Source: Leucoraja ocellata | Taxonomy: Eukaryota | Direction of reading: 5' to 3' | Assembly (NCBI GenBank): GCA_036785375.1 | Contig: JAWMAR010000350.1 | Span: 2,418,001-2,482,000 of the forward strand | DNA length: 64,000 bases | Shown here: positions 49,441 through 62,965 of the stretch, piece by piece | Position numbering within the stretch: the first letter of the stretch is position 1 | Layout: every line of letters starts with the position of its first letter | Notes under the pieces: generated by a model | Told to the model about the DNA's origin: nothing | What the model saw: the letters and a program-made list of their open reading frames with translations, nothing else | Database searches by the model: none | Made by a program: the position numbers and the translations under genes

Positions 49441-50031
49441 TTTGTTAGTCCTTGCTGTCTCCTCCCCTTCCTCAGCCCCCCTGCTGTCTCCTCCCATCCC
49501 CCAGCCTTCGGGCTACTCCTCCTTTTCCCTTTCTTGTCCCCACCCACCCCCGCCCCCGATCAGTCTGAAGAAGGTTTTCGGCCCGAAACGTTGCCTATTT
49601 GGACAAGCTTTTCCCTTTGAGAATAGGGAAGATTCAAACAAGGGGACATGACTTCAGAATTAAGGGACAGAAGTTTAGGGGTAATATGAGGGGGAACTTC
49701 TTTACGCAGAGAGTGGTGGCGGTGTGGAATGAGCTCCCAGTGGAAGTGGTGGAGGCAGGTTCATTGGTATCATTTAAAAATAAATTGGATAGGCATATGG
49801 ATGATAAGGGAATGGAGGGTTATGGTACGAGTGCAGGCAGGTGGGACTAAGGGGAAAAAAATTTGTTCGGCATGGACTTGTAGGGCCGAGATGGCCTGTT
49901 TCCGTGCTGTAATTGTTATATGGTTATATGGTTATTTCCTTCGCTCCATAGATGCTGCTGCACCCGCTGAGTTTCTCCAGCTTTTTTGTGTAACCTTCGA
50001 TTCTCCAGCATCTGCAGTTCCCTCTTAAACA
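49441..50031 (+). mobile_element. Penelope pLTR nested in CR1 ORF1 and itself split by a CR1-like 3' end (about 49601-49932)
   Basis: 14-bp TSD CAGGTCCCATATCT at 49427-49440 and 50032-50045. Inner element encodes TRGHDFRI..NFFTQRVVAVWNELP, has a (TTATATGG)n tail and is flanked by TATTT. Confidence 0.9.
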
Positions 50032-51284
50032 CAGGTCCCATATCTCCCTGTTCCTGCTCTCGCCAGCACGAGGAACAGGAAGCAAACCGCAGATAACAAC
50101 CCTGGTCCTGCTTTTCAGCATTTTTCCGAGCTCTCTAAAGTCACGCTGCAGAATATTCATCCCCTTCTTTCCGACATCGTTTGTGCCGACATGCACTACC
50201 ACTTCCGGCTGTTCACCTTCGGCCTTGAGGATTTTCTGCACTCTGTCCTAGACATCCTGGAACCGGGAAGGCAGCACACTTGCTGCAGATACCCCTGTCC
50301 GTACCTCTAACAATGGAGTCTCCAACTACAATGGCGTTGTCTGACGTTGGCCTCTTTAGTTTTGGCTCAACAGCCCTTTTTGCTTCGCAAGCCAGTCCGC
50401 CGCTCGATGTAATAACGTCTTCTGACCCGACGGCTTCTAAGTGGGTGAACCTGTTCACAAGAGGTACAACACCCGGGGATGTTTGCATTCCATGTTTCCC
50501 TCTCTTTCTCACCATCACCCACCTTCTCTCTTACAGTACCTTAGGTGTAACAATCTTACTGTAGGACTTGTCGAGGAACGACTCAGTTTCTCGGACGAAC
50601 CTGAGGTCATCCACTTGCTTCTCCAGTTCCCCAACATGGTCCTTCAGGAGCTGTACCTGGATGCACTTCTCACATTTGTAGCAGCCAGAGGCACCAGCAG
50701 TGTCCTTGACCTCCCACATACTGCAAGAATCACACTGAATCAGCTTGCCTGACATCTCCTTCTTTCGTCTCTCCCTCTCCAGTGTTTTGCGTAGCCTCCT
50801 CACTAAAGACTCACACATTACTCAGAAGGCCGCTCCCTCACTGCCGCTCCCTAAGAGCCGTCTTGATTATATTAACTGATAAATTGCCTAATTTATCAAT
50901 TTACAAACCAAATTCCTCAGTTTTAAACTGTTTCCCCCCTCTGACTCACTTCTAACACTCCTCCCACTCGGGCTAGAGCCAATCAGTGTTTTCTCCTGCT
51001 TCTCTTTGTTGCTGTTGCTTCAAAATCCACAGGAGCTCTGAGTAAAGATCAGCCTCTCAAGTCTTGGCAAATCCTCATAAATCATCTGTGCACTCTTGCC
51101 CATTTACCACAATCTTTCCTTAAAACAGGGTGACCAAATTTGAACACATTACTCCAACTGTGGCCCAACCAATACCTTGTGTAGCTGTAGCATAATATTC
51201 CAACTTCTATACTCAAAACCCTGACTGATGAAGGCCAATGAACCAAAAACCTTATGGACCATCTTATCTACCTGTGATGCCACT

Positions 51285-51995
51285 GAAAGTCAAAGAAGCC
51301 ATTATGAGATTGAGAAATAAGAATAAAACTGTTGGAGATGTCAGCCAAACCTTAGGCTTACCAAAATCAACAGTTTGGAACATCATTAAGAAGAAAGAGC
51401 ACTGGTGAGCTTACTAATCGCAAAGGGACTGGCAGGCCAAGGAAGACCTCCACAGCTGATGACAGAAGAATTCATTCTATAATAAAGAAAAATCCCCAAA
51501 CACCTGTCCAACAGATCAGAAACACTCTTCAGGTGTGGATTTGTCAATGACCACTGCCATGCAAACACTTCATGAACAGAAATACAGAGGCTACACTGGA
51601 AGATGCAAACCACTGGTTAGCTGTGAAAATAGGATGGCCAGGTTACAGTTTTCCAAGAAGTACATAAAATAGCAACCACAGTTCTGGAAAAAGGTCTTGT
51701 GGACAGATGAGATGAAGATTAACTTATAACAGAGTGATGGCAAGAGTAAAATATGGAGGAGAGAAGGAACTGCCCAAGATCCAAAGCATACCACCTCATC
51801 TGTGATGTTTGAGCACTGCTGTAATTTCTAAATGATGAAACCAAAATCTATTTTAAAAAATGACCTATATTGATACCTGACAATATGCACTTTAACCACA
51901 TGTGATTTTTTCTATTACAAATCTCAAATTGTGGAGTACAGAGGCAAAAAAATAAATGATGGGTCTTTGTCCCAAACATTATGAAGGGCACTGTA
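51285..51995 (+). mobile_element. Tc1-like DNA transposon relic, internally deleted
   Basis: Remnants KSTVWNII, TGRPRKTS..DDRRI and FWKKVLWTDEMKINL; right end CCAAACATTATGAAGGGCACTG-TA. Confidence 0.9.
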
Positions 51996-52039
51996 AAGGT
52001 AGAGTGATTGAAATCTGTTTACATGCAAATGGACCAATC

Positions 52040-52700
52040 ACCGAAGTCAAGCATACAGGTGTAGACAACTGCTGACGAGGGAATGGTATGTTGGCTTTCA
52101 TTGCAAGAAATTTGGAGCACAAAAACAAGGAAATCTGTTTGCAATTATACAGGGGCATGGTGAGACCACACCTAGAGTACTGGGTGCATTTTTTATTTCC
52201 TACTTAAGAAAGGATGTACAGGCCATAGGAAGTACAAGATTCACCAGGTTGTTCCTGGAATGACAGGACCACAAATCAGGAAAGATTGAGTCAACCACAC
52301 AATGTTGATTTTTGTAATGAAGAATGGGAATTGATTTCATTAAAAATGTACAAATTATTGAAAGGAATAGACAGAGTCCATCTCGGCCACATATATCCAC
52401 AGGTTTGTGGGGTGGGGATGGTTGTAAAATCAGGGTCATGGTTTCAGGATATGGAGCAAGAACTTGAGGACTGAGATGTGGTCTTTACTCGGAGGCTGTG
52501 GAATTCTCTACTGCAAAAGGTGATTGACCCCAATTGTAAGTATTGAAGATGTGTAGATTTCTAGACACTAAAGACACCAAGAGATACGGAGAGAGAGTAA
52601 AGTAAAGGTAAGGGGTAGAGGATATGCAATGATCAGATTGAATGGAATTGAATGCAATGGTATTGAACGCAATGATCAGATTGAATGGAGAGAGACGGGC
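52040..52700 (+). mobile_element. Old CR1 3' fragment
   Basis: GMLAFIAR..QLYRGMVRPHLEY remnant. Confidence 0.75.
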
Positions 52701-54699
52701 TAAATGGTCAGGGTCAGATTCCGACAGCTGGGAAACATGCTTCAATCCACTGAAATCTGCACATCTTCAAAACTTGCAATAATATGACCTCCATCGCCTT
52801 CTGCAGTAGAATTCTACAGGTTTGTCAACCTCTGAGTAAAGACCTCATCTCAGTCCTCAAGGTCTTGCTTAGACAACTGAGTCCACGCCAACCATCAAAT
52901 ACCCATTCACACTAATCCTACACTAATCAGTTTTTATTCACCGAATCAAAAGCAGTTGAAGAATGTTGTAAATTTCAGAATTATGTGATTATACAATGTA
53001 TATAGTCGTATGATTATATGGAATTCTCAACAACACTCCAATTTTTGTAATCACCACTCACAACTTGTGTTTGCCAAAACCCTACTTAGTTAATTGGCAC
53101 TGTGGCAAAATCCCATGCCAATTTGCATAAACTAATATCCCGAACTTGCACTGGTCTAACCATTTAATGTGAAAATGTCAGTTTTTTCTTATATAGGCAG
53201 TCTTCTTTGCAACAGATTATTTTTACTTGTTGTTTGCTTTGGCAGCAGACCAATAACCCAGAGTGTACTCTTTATAAGTAGATGCTGAAGGAAATCCAAA
53301 AGTACAGACATGGAAAAACAGAATGGGCAAAGGATATGCAGAGAAAAACCTTTGATCCCAGCTGTGAGCCACAGAAATGCCACTAAATAACAAATAGTTA
53401 TACCACATTATTTATCATTATTCATGAACAATCTGGGTGTAGCCAGAATTGATAATGCAACATCTGCTTATCTGGACTAATGTCCACATGGTAATCCTTG
53501 ATCTTAATTACTGGATAACAACATAATGGCCTGGTCCTCTTACATGTTTCTGACCCTGTCCAGATTACTAACGCGTTTCCCCCCTGTACAAATGTTGCCA
53601 AAGTTTGGCATTATTCCATCTTTACTCTCCACCTTGTAAAGTTGATTTGTATTCCCTTGACTTTAAACTGATTATATTACTCACTCAATCTTCTAAAGTC
53701 ATAAAAGATTCTAAATGGAAGATGCAGGGAGACTATATCCTCTGGTGACAGTATCCACACAAAACAGCTAACTATTGAAATTTTTTTAAATGGTAGCAGA
53801 AATCTCGAATTATTTGCTTCAATAAGAAGATGAGGCTGGATAAAATAGAACTTTCAAAGCTCAGTTTGATACATCTGCATTAAGTAAGAGTTTTGGGGGC
53901 TATGGGGCAAAACCAAGTGCATGGAGTTCAAATGCAGATCTGTGATGATTGAACCGAATGATAGAATAGATGCAAGGAGATCCTGCACCTGGGATCGTCT
54001 CCCAGCAAACACCAAGACCTTATTGTAATGGACTTCTTTAACAAGGGTATAATCTGCCCGGCTGTCTCCTGTACCATAGCCCTACAGTCAAATATTCACC
54101 CAGCTTTAGTGTTAGACCTTCAAATTTAGGAATTAGGTGTGGAGTAGACTACAAGGTTCCTTGAGCTGGCTCCACCATTCATAAAATCATGGCTAATCTG
54201 ACTATAATGGGACCTCTACATTTCCGATCATCTGTGGTAACCTTTCACCCTCTTGTTAACAAGAATCTATTTATTTCTGCAATAAAAATATTCAAAATCT
54301 CTGCATCCATTGCCTTTTGAGGGAGAGCTTCAAAGTCGCAATTGTCTGACAGAGAGAAGCAGAAAAAAATTAACCTAATCCAATTTCTTTGAGATATATA
54401 GATACAGTATAGTAGGCAGTAGAGTGATGTGGTGGCAAAAGTACTGTGGGCGGAGTTAAAATATTGTGGGACACTTAATTTTCAATTATATAAACTAACT
54501 GCAGATGCTGAAAATATGAAATAAAAATAAAGAATGCTGGAACCATTTAGTTCAGAGAACACCCTTGGAAAGAGAAATAGAGTTTCCTTTCACTGTATAA
54601 ATTAATTTTGTTTCTCTTGGTGCAGCGACATCACAGTACTGTCAAATTCCTGCTCTCCCAACCTTGAATCTTTCTTTATAAACTGCACATCCTTCTACT

Positions 54700-54905
54700 C
54701 TCCGAGGGAATTTAACTTATTCTCGCTGGAGTTTACATCCCCTCCCCCCCCCCCAAGCCTGTGTACGTGAGGCGCAAACGCATCACGCTGACCAGGTAAT
54801 GAGGGTAGAGAGTGACTTCCCGGACACCATGGTCATTGTTTTGGGGGACTTTAACAAAGAAAACCTCAGCCATGACCTTCCAAAGTACAGACTTCATGTT
54901 ACCTG
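54700..54905 (+). mobile_element. Rex/Babar-type APE endonuclease fragment
   Basis: GVYIPP and PDTMVIVLGDFNK..LPKYRLHVTC reading. Confidence 0.6.
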
Positions 54906-55059
54906 CCTCGCTGATGCTGCCTGATCAGAGGAGCATGCCCAGCATTTTTTGTTTAGTAATTTCTAGAATAGGCTAAATATAAAAGGAGCAGTGTAGCCTT
55001 AACGTTAAAAGATGAAACAAAAGCAGTAAAAAGTATCTTTGCTCAGAAAATCAAGTTAT

Positions 55060-56560
55060 AGAATCAGTTTAGGTTGAGCTATGAAAAGGCAAGGAATATA
55101 AAATATTGGGGTGGAAATTATTTATAGGTCCCTCAACAGTGATGTTTAGCATGTTATAAATCAGGACATAAGATTTGCATGTAATAAGGGTAATACAACA
55201 ACCCGAAGAATCTTTAAAAAAACAAACCAAACATGAGTATTAAAGGTATGGGGGATGAATTCATTGGAAAGTATAGAATTTCCTAAATCAATAAATTGAG
55301 GATCTAGTGAGGGAATGGATTATTTTAGATAGTATTGTTCAACAAGTAAAGGTTAATTAATAATCTGCTGGTTAAAGGTCGTTCAACGAACACTGGTGAT
55401 AGATAGAGCTTTGTATAAAAATTGAAAGTGTGAAACTAGGATCTAGAATCTGAAACAAAGCAAAGTACGAAAGCAAGAGTTGGCTATGAAATATTGGGAA
55501 AGTACATTCAAATGTAAACATGCAGTGGCTAACTTTTAAATAATTAATAGATAATTTACAAGTATATTCTTAAGTTAAAAAAATTCCAATAGCAAAGTCA
55601 GCTGTGGCTATTTGACAAGTATTAGAACAAATTAAACGATGCATGATGCTGCCAAAAAGGCAGTAGACCAGATTAAGAAAATTTAAGAATTCAGCAAAGG
55701 ATGGAAGCATCAATAGGAGAAAGTAAGATATAACATTAGCTGGCAAAAAAACCCCAGAAGCTCTTGCACTCTGTATTACGTTAAAAGCAAAATAAAGCTA
55801 AAAGTGGGCCCCAAAACATTCTGCAGAAGTTACACTGGGGAATAGGGGAATGGAAGAGATTTTTTTTTTCTTGTTTGTCATTATGAAAGAAGTAAAAAAT
55901 AACCCAGAGATAACGATTAATTATAAGATCTAGAGTGAACAGCTCAATTAAAATTGTGCCAATAAATGCAAACAAGCACTAGAGAAATGAACAAAGAGTA
56001 CCTTTAAACCTATCTTTGCAGCATCAGCAAACATGGATATATTATGTTCAATCCTCACTTCATAGCTACAGATTGCGAACAGTTAGGGGTCCTCAGTGGT
56101 TGTAGCCGTTGAATCGGAATAGCTGATACGAAAGGTAATGTATTCCAAGGACTCTCCATCCAGCATTGTAGGCATTTGGAGGCAGTCGTCTATGTACTGG
56201 TTGTTATCTTCCAAAATTCCAAAGATTTTTAAAGGTCCCCACAGTAGCCACACTAATGAAGGATCAAGGAAGGTAATGTGATAATGTGCAGATAATCGGG
56301 AACTTTGACATCTGCAGTACAGAAAATACTGAATCTATAATGAAGGAAGTGAAACAAGGGCACAGGAAATAATAGGATTGATCAGAATAAATCATATTTG
56401 ACAAGTCTGTTACAATTTTTGAGGTTCTAACTATCTGAACAGCTGATGGTGAGCCAGTAGAGCTAGTCTAACCTTTGAAGAATTTATTGCGCTAGAGGGC
56501 TGTGGAGGCTCACATTCTCAATTTATGCAAGGAGGAGATTGATGGATTTTTAGATATTAA
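55060..56560 (+). mobile_element. Highly decayed CR1 ORF2
   Basis: Scattered remnants colinear with the CR1 at 47400-49000 (IYRSLNS, CATGTAATAAGGGTAAT, TTATCTTCCAAAATTCC). Confidence 0.55.
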
Positions 56561-57571
56561 TGGAATATGTTATGTTCTGATAGATAGTCGGCATTAGTGA
56601 TGCAAAAGGTTTTAAACTCGGACAAATTAATTATGATCCACCAACAAAGACTTGGCTACACTGACATTTTTAGTTTTGTTTGAAAGATTGTTCTAAATCC
56701 GTTGATGGAATGTATTACATTGTTCCCATTATCTTTTATTCCTAAAAATTACACGAATACCCAAGATTTTCAACTCTGAAAATATAATTTTTTTAACTCA
56801 TCCATTGACATCAAAGACAGATACTGCAACATCATTAAATCAATAATTAACTACAGGGGTATTAGAAATAGCATTTAAATATATTTTATCCATCGCTTAC
56901 ATAAAAATAGTAATATTATGCACTTTAAAGAACCTATAAAACCTTTCATGACATTCAGAGGACATGAGACGTTTGCAGTCAATAAGCACTATTGAGATAT
57001 AGTCAGTGTTTAATGAAGAAAACATGACGGTGCATACAATAGGTTTCCAAAACTACAATGAAGTAATAACAAGATTAATGTTCAATTAATTTGAGAGGGT
57101 CATCTGGGAGGACTTCCATTCTCTTTGAATAGTGCCACGGGATCTTTTATAGCCACAAGAGTGTTATCACGACATCAGTTTAATTCTTCATCCAAAAGGC
57201 AGCATCAATATAGAAACATAGAAGTGCTACAGAATGATATACTCCTGTCTCTGGATTTGAACCCACAACCTGGTTTAGTTGTAAGGGCTAAAACAAAGAT
57301 TTTTTATCTGACCTGGATATATGTCAAAGTCCATTTTATTCATCACATATGTTGTCCTATGTCAGCTCTAGGTTTGAATTCTGCAACTCTTACCCAATAG
57401 CACTACGAGAGTTCCTTCAGCAGGACTGTAGCAGTTCCAGACGTTGGCTGGTCAACAACTTTTCCTGGGCAGCTAGGGACGAGCAACAACTGGATCTTGA
57501 AATTGTCCCCACAAATTAATGTAAAGTGCAGATTTCATTTTGTACCTTTTACATTTAGTCAACATTGTAAA

Positions 57572-57588
57572 CTGTGCCACCTGGTGGA
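57572..57588 (-). promoter_or_regulatory. Candidate CTCF site (reverse)
   Basis: Minus strand TCCACCAGGTGGCACAG is a close match to the CTCF core. Confidence 0.5.
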
Positions 57589-58029
57589 ATCATTGACAAA
57601 AATCATACCTATTTCTTCTAAACCTGTAATCATTCTACAAATATGAGAACAGATCATTATTTCAGAATTAGTTTTATGTCACCCCAGAACAAAAAACAGC
57701 CTAATTGTGCAGTACTTTTTATTTTATGAAGTATTTCGTAAGGTATGGAATTGGATGACTTATTAATGTGCCGAAGAGCTGTGAGAAATATTCTGTTCTC
57801 ACTAGCATTTGAACTGCAATTTTCATGATTTATCTATTGCAACATTATTTATCACAAAACAGTGTTAAATACTCTCATGTAGAAAAATTAATAAGACATT
57901 AAATTGGTTCAGGAGAGAAACTGCATTTCAGGATATTTCACTCCATAGCATCACAAGGATTCTTTGATATACATCACACCAGGATTACCGAGTGCTGATA
58001 GATTTCAGGCCTCTAAACGTGCCAAATTG

Positions 58030-59380
58030 TTACCAGATCCTTTAGGGTTGTAATAGTAGATGATTTGAACTTTCCCCATAGTGCAAAGGAATTGTGCGAA
58101 GGCAGAATTTGGTCAGAGTTTCCATGACACTTTTCTGAAGCAATATATAGATTACCCGAATCAAGAAGGGGTTACTCTCTACCTCCGCTTAGGAAATGAG
58201 GCTGGGCAAGTTCATTCGCTCGCGTGTCAGACGACGCATAGCTCGCTGTTGACTTCCATCGTCGTCCAACATGTTGACAGAATTGGTCGCCCGACGTGTC
58301 ACAAAGTGCATCGTGCGTCGTTTCCGGGGATCGCCACACGGAGGCTTCTGTCATGATCCCCAGCCCACAGTTAAAGTCCTGAATGAGGGCAAGGTTAATT
58401 TTAATGGTTAAATAGGAACTTGCAAATGTTGGTTGGCAGAGGCTGTTACCAGGAAAAGGGACGCCTGGAAGTAGGAGACATTTAAAAATGAGGTTGGCAG
58501 TGTTCAAGGCCAATGTGTTGCTGTAAGAGTGAAAGGCTAGGCTGGCAGGATTAGGGTACCTTGGTGGACTAGGCATATTGAGGCTCTTATCATGAAAATG
58601 GAGGTGCATGTCAGGTTTCAGCAGCTTGGTTCAAGTTTGTTTCTTGAGGAGTATAAGGGAGTACACTTAAGAAGAACATTATAAGGGCAAAAAGGGGACA
58701 TGAGATGTCTCTGGCAAATATGGTAAAGGATAACGCTAAAAGCTTGAGTATTAAACACAAAAGGGTAACTAGGAAAAGAGTAGGTCATCTTAAGGATCAT
58801 TGTGGTTATTTATATGTGAAGCCTCAAGAAAGATCTTACCTGAATGCTTCTTTATTCACATGAACTTTAGCGGGATCTTTGACAAGGTCCTGCATGGGAG
58901 ACTGGTCTGGAAGATGTGATCACAGGGTGAGTTGGTCAATTGGATACAGTTAGCTTGGTATCAGAGGGTGGTAGTGGAGGGTTGTTTTTCAGACTGACGA
59001 CCTGTGGCATGCTGCTGGGACCAATGCTAAGTACCATGTTGTTTGCCATTTATATTAATGATTTCTTTGAGAATGTCATTAGCCTGATTTGTATGTTATT
59101 CATATAACACCAGAATTGGTGGTGCAGTGGACAGTGAACAAGGTTGTCTAAGATCACAACAGGATCTACAACAACTGGGAAGGTGGGTCAAGGAATGGCA
59201 GATGGAATTTAACTTGGACATGCTTGCGAAAGTGCAGTGATGATTCACCAACATATTGTCTGGATTGGAACATTTTACTTACAAAGATGAGAATGGTTAG
59301 GCTTGGTTTGGTTTTGCTGGAGCAGAGGAAGCTGTGACGTGACGTGATAGAGGTAAACAAAATTGTGAGAATAGATAAGG
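58030..59380 (+). mobile_element. Decayed CR1 ORF2
   Basis: TTTGACAAGGTCCTGCATGG (FDKV.HG), TTTATATTAATGA and ACCAGAATTGGTGGTGCAGTGGACAGTGA remnants. Confidence 0.7.
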
Positions 59381-59614
59381 GACATCGAAAGATGTCTCAA
59401 TTTGCCTCATCCACCAAGGGACCCTAATCCTATGCTCTAACAACATGGTGTCTGTCCATTCCCTCCACAGGTGCTGCCTGACCCGCAGAGTTCTTCCACA
59501 ACTGTGTTTTGCTCAGGATTCCAGCATCTGCCGTTTCTTGGGTCCCAACAATAATCTGGCCTTGTCGTTGAAAACCATTGTGAAAAAATATCAAAATGAT
59601 TGAGTGGTACGTAA

Positions 59615-60400
59615 AATAAATTATGAGATGGGTTCAATTTATTCCCATCTTCCATTACTCCAAATATAATCATTTCAGTATTAGGTTCCATTCTTATCTT
59701 AAATAATTTTGTAAATATTTCAAAAATATCACTCCAAAATCTATAAAATTTTAAGCAGGAAACAAAAGAGTGTGTTATAGTTGCGTTTTGGGATAGACAT
59801 TTATCACAAATGGGGGATATATTTGGATAGAATTTGTTCAATCTTGTTTTTGAATAATATAATCTATGTAAATTTTTAAATTGAATTAGATTATGTCTTA
59901 CATTAATCAAACATTTGTGACTATATATCAAATACTTTTCCCATGTAACCTTCATAATTTTTATCATTAATTCCCGTTCCCACTCTTCTCTAAGTACCTC
60001 TGTCGATGGCAGGTCTATATTTAAAATACTATTATATAAATATGATATTAAAGTCAGCTTTAATATTCATTGCTTCTTCCAATAAGTCAGGAGTTATTTT
60101 TTGATATCCTTGTATGTATTTTTTCATGAAATCGCAAATTTGAAGATATTTAAAATATTGGTTGTTTTACAATTTAAATTTTAATTGTAATTGTTGGAAT
60201 GATAGTAGGTTTCCCATTTCATACATATCCCCAATCCTTTTAATTCCGAAACTTTCCCATTGGTTATATGTTTTATCAATAAGAGATGGTTTAAATAAAG
60301 TGTTATTCGCAATTGGCATTAACAATGATAAATTTCTTAATTTTAAAGATAATTTTATTTGTTTCCAAATTCTTATTGTATCATGTATAATTGGGTTCTT
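59615..60400 (-). mobile_element. L1-clade LINE ORF2 C-terminal fragment
   Basis: LIQFKNLHRLYYSKTRL..CDKC..THSFVSC..FW, the CCHC-type C-terminal domain; strongly AT-rich. Confidence 0.88.
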
Positions 60401-60509
60401 CTTATATATTGTGTTGTTCAGTTTTTTCTGGGGGGGGGAAGAGGATCGTTCCTATATTACAATGACTTAAGTGACATGTTTTAAGTAACATATGTGGTTC
60501 AATAGACAT

Positions 60510-61965
60510 ACTGACACTTCCGATTTCCCTTTCTCCCTCTCGAATTGTACATTAAAACTTATCATATTATAATCACTACCTCCTAATGGCTCCTGTACCT
60601 CGAGTTCCCTTTATCAAACCAAGTTCATTATACACCATTAAATCCAGAATTGCCTTCTCCCTGGTAGGCTCCAGTACAAGATGTTCTAAGAATCCATCAT
60701 GGAGGCACTCCACAAAGTCCCTTTCTTGGGGTCTAGTACCAACCTGATTTTCCCAGTCTACCTGCATGTTGAAATCTCCCATAACAGCCGTAGCATTATC
60801 TTTGTGACATGCCAACTTTTAACTCTTGATTCAACTTGCACCCTATATCCAGGCTACTGTTTGGGGGCCTGTAGATAAGTCCCATATGGGTATTTTTACC
60901 CTTACAATTCCTCAGTTCTATCCATATTGACTCTACATCTCCTGATTTTATGCCACCCCTCGCAAGAGCCTGAATTTCATTCCTCAACAACAGTTACGCC
61001 ACCCTCTTTGCCCACCTGTCTGTCTTTTCGATAGGACGTATACCCTTGAATATTCAGTTCCCAGCCCTGATCCTCTTGCAGACATGTCTCTGCAATTCCC
61101 ACAACATCATACTTGCCAATTTCTAACTGAGCTTCATGCTCATCCACTTTATTTCTTATACTTCATGCATTCATTGAAAACACTTTAACTTTAGTATTCA
61201 CCTCCCCTCTCACACTTCTCAAACTATCCTTCCCATTAATTCGGGAATCTTTTGTAACTTTTCCTGTACTCACTTCCCCTTTAACTCCATCTTTATGCTC
61301 CCAATTCGTCAATCCCTCCCTCCCCCCCACTATTTAGTTTGAACCCACACGTGTAGCAGTAGCAAACCTGCCTGCCAGAATGTCGGTCCCCCTCCAGTTA
61401 AGGTGTAACCCGTCCCTTTTGTACAGGTCACCCCTACCCCAGAAGAGACCCCAGTGGTCTATAAATCTAAATCATTGCTCCCTGCACCAGCCCCCCAGCC
61501 ACACATTCAGATCCCCTATCTCCCTGTTCCTGTCCTCACTAGCACGAGGTAATGGAAGCAATCCAGAGATAACCACCCTAGAAGTCCTGTTTTTCAGTCT
61601 TCTTCCTAGCTCTCTAAACTTGCATTGCAGAATCTCCTTCCTCTTCTTCCCGACGTTGTTTGTGCCCACGTGCACAACTACTGCCGGCTGTTCATCTTCC
61701 CTCTCAAGGATGTTCAGAATTCGGTTTGTGATATCTTTAACCCTGGCACCAGGGAGGCAACAGACCATCCTCAAGTCTCGTCTGCCGTCACAGAATCTCC
61801 AGTCTGCACCTCGGACAATGGAGTCACTATAGCTCTGTCCGACGACAGTTTCGTCGGTCGAATCTCATCGCTAGGATTGTAGCCACCAACCTGCCCGCCG
61901 CTTGGACTGGAAGTGTTGTCTGCCCCGACAGCTCCTAAAAGGGTGTACCTGTTTTCATTTGGCAC
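60510..61965 (-). mobile_element. CR1 5' part (ORF1 esterase and ORF2 endonuclease), 3' end missing
   Basis: CCLPGARVKD, VVVHVGTNN, GLIYRPPNSS, GDFN; paralogous to 48400-50500. Confidence 0.92.
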
Positions 61966-62234
61966 AGCTTTATTACTATTTGTGGGATCTTGCTATGTTC
62001 AAAATGGCTACTGTCTCCAAATATTAGAATAATAAGGACCCCTCACCAGCACTGGTGATTTTGGAACATCTCCAAGTCCTCAGAGATCCTAAATAAGTTA
62101 TTTTTGTGTATCTAAGTGTATTCCTTGCTACACCTTCTGCATTGGCATTACTATCAAAACCTATGAAAGACAGTTAGTGCTCAAATCATTCATCACCTTT
62201 AGTATTAACAACCCTTTTTATTAACAAACCACGA

Positions 62235-62965
62235 TAGCAGCTCCGCCAGCAGCCTGTTCGTTTTTTCATCTTTTTTTTATTTTTAGTGTTTGTTAAAAGT
62301 TTGTTTTAATGTTCTCTGGTTTTTCTTATGTGGGGGGAGGGGATCGGGGGAAACTTTTTTTCAGGTTCTTACCTTTCCGGAGATGTGATTAATATTCGGA
62401 TCGCATTCTCCGGGCAATCTGCGGCCTTCCATCGATGGAGCTGGAGGCCTCCTCGGACTGTCGTGAGTCCCACCACGGGGCGTGAACTTAACATCGGAGC
62501 TGATCCCTTGCATGGTATCACTCCAACCTCGGCCTGCGGACTTACCATCAAGAGCTCGCAATCTCGGGAGAGACCGAGTCGGGAAGCTCCAACAACGCAG
62601 AAGATTCGACCAGCCCCATCGCGAGGTTCGATCGCCCAGCATGGGGGAGCTGACATCCCCCCGATGCAGGAGCTGATCGCCTCGACGCGAAGGGCCCGAA
62701 CGCAGCCGGCTACGGGAGTCAAGATAGTCCCGTCTACGGAGGGCGCGAGGCTCCCGACCGCGGGAGAACAAAGGGAAGGGACTTGAACTTTATTTTGCCT
62801 TCCATCACAGTGAGGAATGTGTAGGAGTCACTGTGGTGGATGTTCATGTTAAAATGTGTTTTGTGTGTTCTGTTGCTTTTTAATTGTATGACTGACCTGG
62901 CAAATGAAATTCCTCGTTTGTTGCAAAACATACTTGGCAAATAAAGTTATATTCTGATTCTGATC
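62235..62965 (+). mobile_element. Non-coding GC-rich element with LINE-type tail (non-autonomous retroelement)
   Basis: CpG-rich body, AATAAA and (TTCTGA)n tail. Head resembles 37920-38340 and tail resembles 12270-12512. Confidence 0.55.

Larger units (their letters stand above)
43774..50990 (-). mobile_element. Near full-length CR1 LINE (ORF1 Zn-finger and SGNH esterase; ORF2 APE endonuclease and RT), broken by nested insertions
   Basis: ORF1 CDSC..CEKC, IVVGDSIVR, VHVGTND; ORF2 GITETWL, GVIYRPP, GDFN, KSPGPDGLHPRVL, YLDFQKAFDKVPH, SGVPQGSVLGP. The RT sequence stops at about 44965 and resumes at about 47407. Confidence 0.93.
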
